Origin: an uncultured cyanobacterium
GTDB lineage: Bacteria; Cyanobacteriota; Cyanobacteriia; Cyanobacteriales; Cyanobacteriaceae
DNA: 64,000 nt
NCBI GenBank assembly: GCA_963749915.1
Contig: CAVVOP010000005.1
Location: forward strand, 128,001 to 192,000
Reading direction: 5' to 3'
Shown here: in pieces, positions 54,879 to 64,000 of the stretch
How positions within the stretch are numbered: the stretch's first letter is position 1
Layout: each line of letters opens with the position of its first letter
Position numbers and translations under genes: made by a program
The notes under the pieces: generated by a model
Seen by the model: the letters and a program-made list of their open reading frames with translations, nothing else
What the model was told of the DNA's origin: nothing
Databases searched by the model: none

Positions 54879-56300
54879 TCAGGAAATTGTCTGAATGTCG
54901 AGAAAGCTTGTGCTACCGGCTTGTCTCAAAGGCAGGCCGCCGAGAATCAAAACTGAATCTCCCCTAGTAGCAAAGTTTCGCTGTTTTAAGGTGGCTTCCA
55001 TCTTCGCCATCAATTTCTCCAGAGAGGGATGCTCGTCGTAGGCAAATAAAATCGGGCGCACTCCCCAGACGAGATTGAGGCGGTGATAGACCGACTGGTG
55101 GGGAGTCAAAGCCACCACCGGAACACGAGGCCGTTCGGCAGCAGCTAATTTAGCTGAATGACCCGTTTCCGTAAACGCCACGATACATTGCAGGTCGAGA
55201 ACCTTGTCCACCACATTGAGGGCCTCGGCTAAGGCATGGGATTTATCCCGGCGGCGCGGCGGGTAATTGATAAAATTAATCTCTGGTTCAACATCCGTAG
55301 CGATGGCGGCGAGCATTTTCACCGCCTGTACGGGGAAATCTCCCACGGCCGCTTCTTCCGAGAGCATCACGGCATCGGTCCCATCGATAATGGCATTGGC
55401 CACGTCACTGGCTTCCGCACGGGTGGGACGGGGGTTGTGAACCATACTTTCGAGCATCTGAGTCGCCGTAATGACGGGAACTCCCTTCTGGTTACACAGC
55501 CTGATGATCTGTTTCTGGATCTTGGGGACTTTTTGGGGGCGGATTTCCACCCCTAAATCTCCCCGCGCCACCATGATGGCATCGCACTCATCCACAATGG
55601 CTTCGATCTTCTCGACGGCTTGGGGCTTTTCAATTTTAGCCAGGACGGGAACCTTGGCGCCTCTTTGAGCGATGAAGGCCTTGAGTTCCTGAATATCCTC
55701 TGGTTTGCGGACGAAGCTCAGGGAAATGATGTCAACCCCTTGGTCAAGTCCAAATTCCAGATCCTTTTTATCTTTCTCGGTCATGGAAGGCAGCCGCAGG
55801 TTGAGGGTAGGGAAGTTAACCCCCTTGTGACTGGTGAGAAGGCCCCCCTCCACCACTTGGCAAATGACTTCTTTCCCCTTGACTTGCTCCACTTTCAATT
55901 CCAACAAGCCATCGGCCAGCAGCACTTGGGTACCCGGTTCGGCTTCTTCGGCAACATAGGGATAGTCGATGCCGACGGTATTTTCCTGTCCTTTATACTC
56001 CGACAGGGGAACGAGGGTGAGAGAAGCCCCTTCTTTAAGCTCGATCCCTTCAGGGGGCAGTTCCCCGACGCGAATTTTTGGTCCTTGGAGGTCTTGCAAG
56101 ATGGTCAGGGGCAAGTCTAACTCCTCTGACAGGGAACGCAGGGACTTGATGACCCGACCGTGATCTTCGTAGCTGCCGTGGGAGAAATTCAACCGCGCTA
56201 CGTTCATTCCGGCCAGCAGCATCTGGCGCAACATTTCGGGAGAATTACAGGCCGGTCCGATGGTGGCAACGATTTTAGTGCGAAAATTTAACGGTTTCAT
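54879..56300 (-). CDS. pyk: pyruvate kinase
   Basis: TKIVATIGPA, ARLNFSHG, DLQGPKIR, AKIE, MVARGDLG, ATQMLESM, PTRAE. Confidence 0.97.
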   Translation of the reverse strand: MKPLNFRTKIVATIGPACNSPEMLRQMLLAGMNVARLNFSHGSYEDHGRVIKSLRSLSEELDLPLTILQDLQGPKIRVGELPPEGIELKEGASLTLVPLSEYKGQENTVGIDYPYVAEEAEPGTQVLLADGLLELKVEQVKGKEVICQVVEGGLLTSHKGVNFPTLNLRLPSMTEKDKKDLEFGLDQGVDIISLSFVRKPEDIQELKAFIAQRGAKVPVLAKIEKPQAVEKIEAIVDECDAIMVARGDLGVEIRPQKVPKIQKQIIRLCNQKGVPVITATQMLESMVHNPRPTRAEASDVANAIIDGTDAVMLSEEAAVGDFPVQAVKMLAAIATDVEPEINFINYPPRRRDKSHALAEALNVVDKVLDLQCIVAFTETGHSAKLAAAERPRVPVVALTPHQSVYHRLNLVWGVRPILFAYDEHPSLEKLMAKMEATLKQRNFATRGDSVLILGGLPLRQAGSTSFLDIQTIS

Positions 56301-56328
56301 CAGTTTTAGTTTTTCATCAGTTTTAGTT

Positions 56329-57366
<1,038 letters not shown>

Positions 57367-57484
57367 TTACGGTAGTTTACAGTTTAATAATATCTAAAGT
57401 TTTAGATAGCTAGGAAATTAATTCAATGCTTAATTTTTGAATTTTGAATTTCTCTCACCAACCAATTGACTTTTTTCGCCAACC

Positions 57485-59652
<2,168 letters not shown>

Positions 59653-59728
59653 ATCCAATACTTCCCACACCTCCCACACCTGACAAGAGTAGGTTTTTTA
59701 CAAAGGTTATCGGTAAGGGTAATGAGGT

Positions 59729-60271
59729 CTATTGTAACAAGTTACCAGGTATGTTCAAAGCATTTCCTTTTATATCCGCTACCACTATATCCCATTGACC
59801 ATTATTTGCTATTTCAAAAGCTATTTTTTCACCGTTACTGCTAATCATTGGGTTTCTAATTTCGTTTCTTATTTGAGTAATTAAAGGGCGTTTTTGTTGA
59901 GTTGTGCGATCATATAAATATAATCTTGATTTTCCCTGAGTTAAGGCAGTAAAGACTAAATAACGTCCATCCTCTGAGATAGAGGGATTTGAAGCAATCT
60001 CGTCAATGGAATTTAAACCGGGTAAATCAATTAAACGGCGATTTTTGGCGTCAAATAAAAATATATCCTGAGAACCATTGCGATCGGAGACAAACGTAAT
60101 ATATTGTCCGGAAATAGAAGGATTTAATTCTGATGAACGACTATTGAAACTTTTATTATTATCAGAAAAAGGAAAACTTAATAATCGGGGATAATTGCTA
60201 CAACTGGTTAAAAAAAAAGCAGACACCAGAAAATTGATAAGAGGAAATAATTTCACGCTATTTACAAGCAT
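59729..60271 (-). CDS. TolB-like (PD40 repeat) lipoprotein
   Basis: Signal with LTSC lipobox, FVSDRNGSQDIFL, PSISEDG. Confidence 0.82.
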   Translation of the reverse strand: MLVNSVKLFPLINFLVSAFFLTSCSNYPRLLSFPFSDNNKSFNSRSSELNPSISGQYITFVSDRNGSQDIFLFDAKNRRLIDLPGLNSIDEIASNPSISEDGRYLVFTALTQGKSRLYLYDRTTQQKRPLITQIRNEIRNPMISSNGEKIAFEIANNGQWDIVVADIKGNALNIPGNLLQ

Positions 60272-60471
60272 TTAAGCAAAAAGGGGGAATTGGGAGTAGT
60301 TGAATACTACCCCTGACAAAACATCTGTAAACCCAGGGAAATTATAACATGAATTAAAGAGAAAAGGAGTTTTACCAACCACATTCCCCAGATAAAAAAG
60401 GGAAAGAAAAGAAAGGAAATTAACAAGTAATAAATATATATACTTAATGAATTAAGATAAGGAGGAAATGG

Positions 60472-61962
60472 TTATTTATCTTCTTGCCAATTAGCTTTAG
60501 ATTCGGCGGCTTTGAAAGAAGAATTAGCATTATAATCTTGGGGATAAAATAGAATTTCTCCCTGAGTATTTTTACTGTTTTGATTATTTTTATAATCCTC
60601 TCCTTTACGTCTAGCTGCCGTTTTTTCATCGGAGGTTTCTTCCGCAATTACCTCATAAAGAATCGCTAATTTTTCAGTGTGGTTGGCTTTACGCAAGATT
60701 CTCCCTAATCTTTGGATATATTCTCTAGTTGAACCAGTACCAGAGAGGATAATCGCTATTTTAGCGTCTGGGACGTCAACTCCTTCATTAAGTACATGAG
60801 AAGCTGCCAAAATTTTATACTCTCCACTACGATATTTAGCTAAAATTTGATGGCGTTCTTTTACAGGAGTTTGATAAGTAATTGAGGGAATTAAATATTG
60901 TTGAGAAATTCGATAAACTGTAGTATTATCATTGGTAAAAATTAAAATTTTATCAGGATAATGTTTTTCAATTAACTCACTTAACACTTTTAGTTTTGCA
61001 TTAGTACCAGAGGCAATTTCTTTTGATTCTCTATGGGCTAACATTGCTTGTCTGCCTTGATTTGTCCTTGCACTAGCTTTAATGAATAATTGCCAGCCAT
61101 CGAGACTAGAAAGAGAAATATTTGATTGTTTTAGAAAGTTATTTCTAATTTTTATTGCTTGTTCATATCTTCTTTTTTCTTCGATTTCTAAAGAGACTTT
61201 TATAGGAATAACTTGATATTCGGCTAAAGTATTTTTTGATAATTCTTCAGGAGTTTTACGATAAATAACTTTGCCAATTAAACTGTCTAAATAACTATGG
61301 CTTCCGTCGCCTCTTTCGGGAGTCGCCGTCAACCCCAGGCGATAAGGTGCAATGGATTCTTCCGCAATCACCTGAAAAAAATCCGTCGGCAAATGATGAC
61401 ATTCATCGAAAATCAACAACCCATAATGATTTCCTAAAGTCTTGGCATGAATCGCCGCACTATGATAGGTTGCTATTAAAATTGGCGATCGATCATGTGA
61501 ACCGCCCCCTAACAATCCCACTTCAATATTGGGAAAAGCCTGTTCAATTTGTGCATACCACTGGTGCATTAAATCCAAGGTAGGAACTACAATTAAAGTT
61601 GTTCTCGGAGTACAGGCGATCGCCAATTGTGCCAAATAAGTTTTACCAGCCGCCGTTGGTAAGACAACAACACCCTTTCTTTGTTCTGTTTTCCAAGCTT
61701 CTAAGGCTTCTTTTTGATGAGCATAAGGAGTTTTTTGTAGGTTGGACTGAATTTCGAGGGGGAAAAATTCTTTAGCGGAGTCGATAAAATGGATGTTTTC
61801 TTGTTCAAAAGTTTCGATCAGTGAGCGATAATATATAGCAGGAATCCGGAATTTTTCGATTCTATCATCCCATGTCGCAAAATTTATCCATGTTTGCCCC
61901 CTTGGGGGTGGATGTAAAATTAATGTCCCACGATCATAAGTTAATTTACTAGCACGACTCAT
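60472..61962 (-). CDS. DEAD/DEAH (XPB/ResIII-like) helicase
   Basis: LPTAAGKT, DECHH, LGLTATPER, EGVDVP, QRLGRILR. Confidence 0.93.
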   Translation of the reverse strand: MSRASKLTYDRGTLILHPPPRGQTWINFATWDDRIEKFRIPAIYYRSLIETFEQENIHFIDSAKEFFPLEIQSNLQKTPYAHQKEALEAWKTEQRKGVVVLPTAAGKTYLAQLAIACTPRTTLIVVPTLDLMHQWYAQIEQAFPNIEVGLLGGGSHDRSPILIATYHSAAIHAKTLGNHYGLLIFDECHHLPTDFFQVIAEESIAPYRLGLTATPERGDGSHSYLDSLIGKVIYRKTPEELSKNTLAEYQVIPIKVSLEIEEKRRYEQAIKIRNNFLKQSNISLSSLDGWQLFIKASARTNQGRQAMLAHRESKEIASGTNAKLKVLSELIEKHYPDKILIFTNDNTTVYRISQQYLIPSITYQTPVKERHQILAKYRSGEYKILAASHVLNEGVDVPDAKIAIILSGTGSTREYIQRLGRILRKANHTEKLAILYEVIAEETSDEKTAARRKGEDYKNNQNSKNTQGEILFYPQDYNANSSFKAAESKANWQEDK

Positions 61963-62051
61963 TAATAATTACGGCAAAAAATGTCCCTTTTAATTATATG
62001 TTGAAAAGGAATAATATCGGCGATCGATCTTCAAATAGGAATTTTGATCGT

Positions 62052-62204
62052 TCATTGTACTTGATTTACTAATTTCCGATAAAGTCTATTATTAATGATT
62101 CGGTATCCGATAGTAAACTTATGGGTTTTTGGTAGTCTCTCAATTATTGGTACATACCATTTTATCAAGTCATAGGTCTTTTGGATTACAGATAATTCTT
62201 TCAT
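62052..62204 (-). pseudogene. avd: truncated DGR accessory variability determinant (Avd, four-helix bundle)
   Basis: MKELSVIQKTYDLIKWYVPIIERLPKTHKFTIG.RI resembles cyanobacterial Avd N-termini; only 50 aa. Confidence 0.75.
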
Positions 62205-62270
62205 GAAAATCTCATAACTAACTATAACAAATATATAAGAAAATACAAGAGGGAAATACAAGACAAAGGG

Positions 62271-62433
62271 CTATGAAGTTCTCCCGAAAATAGACATAAC
62301 ACGAAAACCGAGGTCGTATGTCGTTGAAGCTGTCACGGTTGTTGAAGCCACGGTAAGCACAACGGCAGTAATGCGGTAGGTCGAGCCATAAACTACTACG
62401 TATTACAGAAAGATAACTACTTCTGGCATTGGT
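62271..62433 (-). pseudogene. degenerate 3' end (variable region) of a DGR target gene, FGE-sulfatase/CLec fold
   Basis: SVIRSSLWLDLPHYCRCAYRGFNNRDSFND/YDLGFRVMSIFGRTS* matches RGGSW...CRSAYR...GFRV with a frameshift; directly upstream of avd. Confidence 0.7.
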
Positions 62434-62574
62434 TTAAATTTCGTGAAATGCTCTTCTTACTCAAAGATTATACCTTACAGATAATCCCGATAAAAATAAC
62501 ATAAGAAAGATTCGAAGCCTTATTAAACTTCCAAATTATGATAATTTAATTGTTAAAGTGATTATTAAAATATT

Positions 62575-63900
62575 ATGATTGACTATCAATTAGTATTAAA
62601 AGAATTAGATAATATTAAAACTATTCAAGATCCACAACAAGTTAAAAAACTTTCCCTTGATTATTATTATTTTAGTCCTATTTTAACTCCAATTTTACGG
62701 GATAAAAAAGCGGATTTAGTGGTTATTCCTACCACCGAAGAAGAAGTTTTAAAAGTGGCTCAAATTTGTGTTAAATATCAAATACCTTTAACCGTTAGAG
62801 GTGCAGGTACAGGTAATTATGGGCAATGTATTCCTCTTAATGGTGGCATTGTTTTAGACATGAGTGAAATGAAGAAAATTCACTGGATAAAATCAGGAGT
62901 TGCTTGTGTTGAATCAGGGATCAAAATGAGTTTATTAGAAAGGGAAACAAAAAAACAAGGTTGGGAATTACGCATGATTCCTTCGACTTATAAAATAGCA
63001 ACTTTAGGAGGATTTATTGGCGGTGGCAGTGGTGGTATTGGCTCAATAAATTATGGACAATTAAGAGATAGAGGAAACTTAAATAAAGTTCGAGTTGTTA
63101 CCTTAGAAAAAGAACCAAAAATCATCGAATTAAAAGGAGATGAAACTCAACAAATTAACCATGCTTATGGCACAAATGGCATTATTACTCAATTAGAAAT
63201 TCCCCTCGCTCCAAGTTATAATTGGGTTGATATTATCGTTACTTTTGACGACTTTATTACCAGTACAAAATTTGGTCAAGCCCTAGGGGATAGTGATGGC
63301 ATTATCAAAAAATTAATTAGTATTCATGCTCATCCTATTTCCAGTTATTTTACCGCCCTTAAATCTTATTTACCTAATGGGGAAAATTGTGCATTATTAA
63401 GCATAGCCGAAAATTCTTTATATCCTTTGCAAGAATTAGTTAATGAATATCAAGGAAAAATTGCTTATCAACAAGATTTATCTAAAGATACCAACCTTAA
63501 TTTAATCGAATTTACTTGGAATCACACCACCTTTCACGCTCGAAATATTGATCCGAATATAACCTATCTACAAACCTTCTTTTTTACCCTAGAGAAAGTT
63601 GAAGAAATGTACAATTATTTTGGTGATGAAGTGATGATGCACTTAGAATTTTTAAGAGTAGGAGGAAAAGCCATTCCTGCCGGTTTACAATTAGTCAAAT
63701 ATTCCACAGAAGAAAGATTAAATGAAATCATCAAATATCACGAAGAAAATGGTGCATTTATCGCTAATCCTCATGCTTATATTTTAGAAGATGGAGGACG
63801 AAAAAACATCGAACCTGAACAACTTAAATTCAAAAAAATGGTTGATCCCTATGGTTTAATGAATCAAGGAAAAATGAAAGCATGGGAAAATAATTATTAG
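62575..63900 (+). CDS. FAD-binding oxidoreductase (GlcD-like)
   Basis: RGAGTGNYGQC.P, ATLGGFIGGGSGG, HAYGTNGIIT, DPYGLMN.GK. Confidence 0.9.
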   Translation: MIDYQLVLKELDNIKTIQDPQQVKKLSLDYYYFSPILTPILRDKKADLVVIPTTEEEVLKVAQICVKYQIPLTVRGAGTGNYGQCIPLNGGIVLDMSEMKKIHWIKSGVACVESGIKMSLLERETKKQGWELRMIPSTYKIATLGGFIGGGSGGIGSINYGQLRDRGNLNKVRVVTLEKEPKIIELKGDETQQINHAYGTNGIITQLEIPLAPSYNWVDIIVTFDDFITSTKFGQALGDSDGIIKKLISIHAHPISSYFTALKSYLPNGENCALLSIAENSLYPLQELVNEYQGKIAYQQDLSKDTNLNLIEFTWNHTTFHARNIDPNITYLQTFFFTLEKVEEMYNYFGDEVMMHLEFLRVGGKAIPAGLQLVKYSTEERLNEIIKYHEENGAFIANPHAYILEDGGRKNIEPEQLKFKKMVDPYGLMNQGKMKAWENNY

Positions 63901-64000
63901 ACCTCTTGCAAAATTGAATATCAGTTAAAATTAAGTGTCAAAATTTGTTAATGTAAGCGATCGCTTACTAGAAAAGTATAAGATTTGCTTATGAAATTTA

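Noticed and set aside
62205..62261. N-terminal part of the 69-aa ORF 62052-62261
   Set aside because: Avd similarity begins at ATG 62204; the upstream part is spacer.

Overview
AT-rich chromosomal window from a unicellular cyanobacterium, judged from HIP1 GCGATCGC octamers, 7-bp STRR-type tandem repeats and a cyanobacterial gene set. Positions 1-39.9 kb are mostly housekeeping genes (pth, tsf, rpsB, rplS-trnW-secE-nusG-rplK-rplA, cbiD, uppS, ftn2/zipN with an in-frame TGA, pdhA, ppa, pdxH, cobO, trmD, cphB, comM), interspersed with IS66, IS4 and IS1634 debris and a decaying large glycan-related protein gene. About 39.9-58.3 kb is a GC-richer, single-strand (minus) island of sugar catabolism and fermentation genes: eno', gap, pyk, xfp, D-ldh, gpm', tal', pgi, glgP, pgk', pgm', a His-phosphatase, amylosucrase, a mannitol dehydrogenase-family gene and a relic of a second pyk. 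An IS1634 remnant truncates its promoter-proximal end, and it carries microhomology deletions and +1 frameshifts. Its gene content resembles a heterolactic sucrose/glucan to lactate + mannitol module (inference). Near 62.05-62.43 kb lies a relic of a diversity-generating retroelement: a degenerate CLec/FGE-type variable region followed by a truncated avd gene, with no RT or TR in the window.
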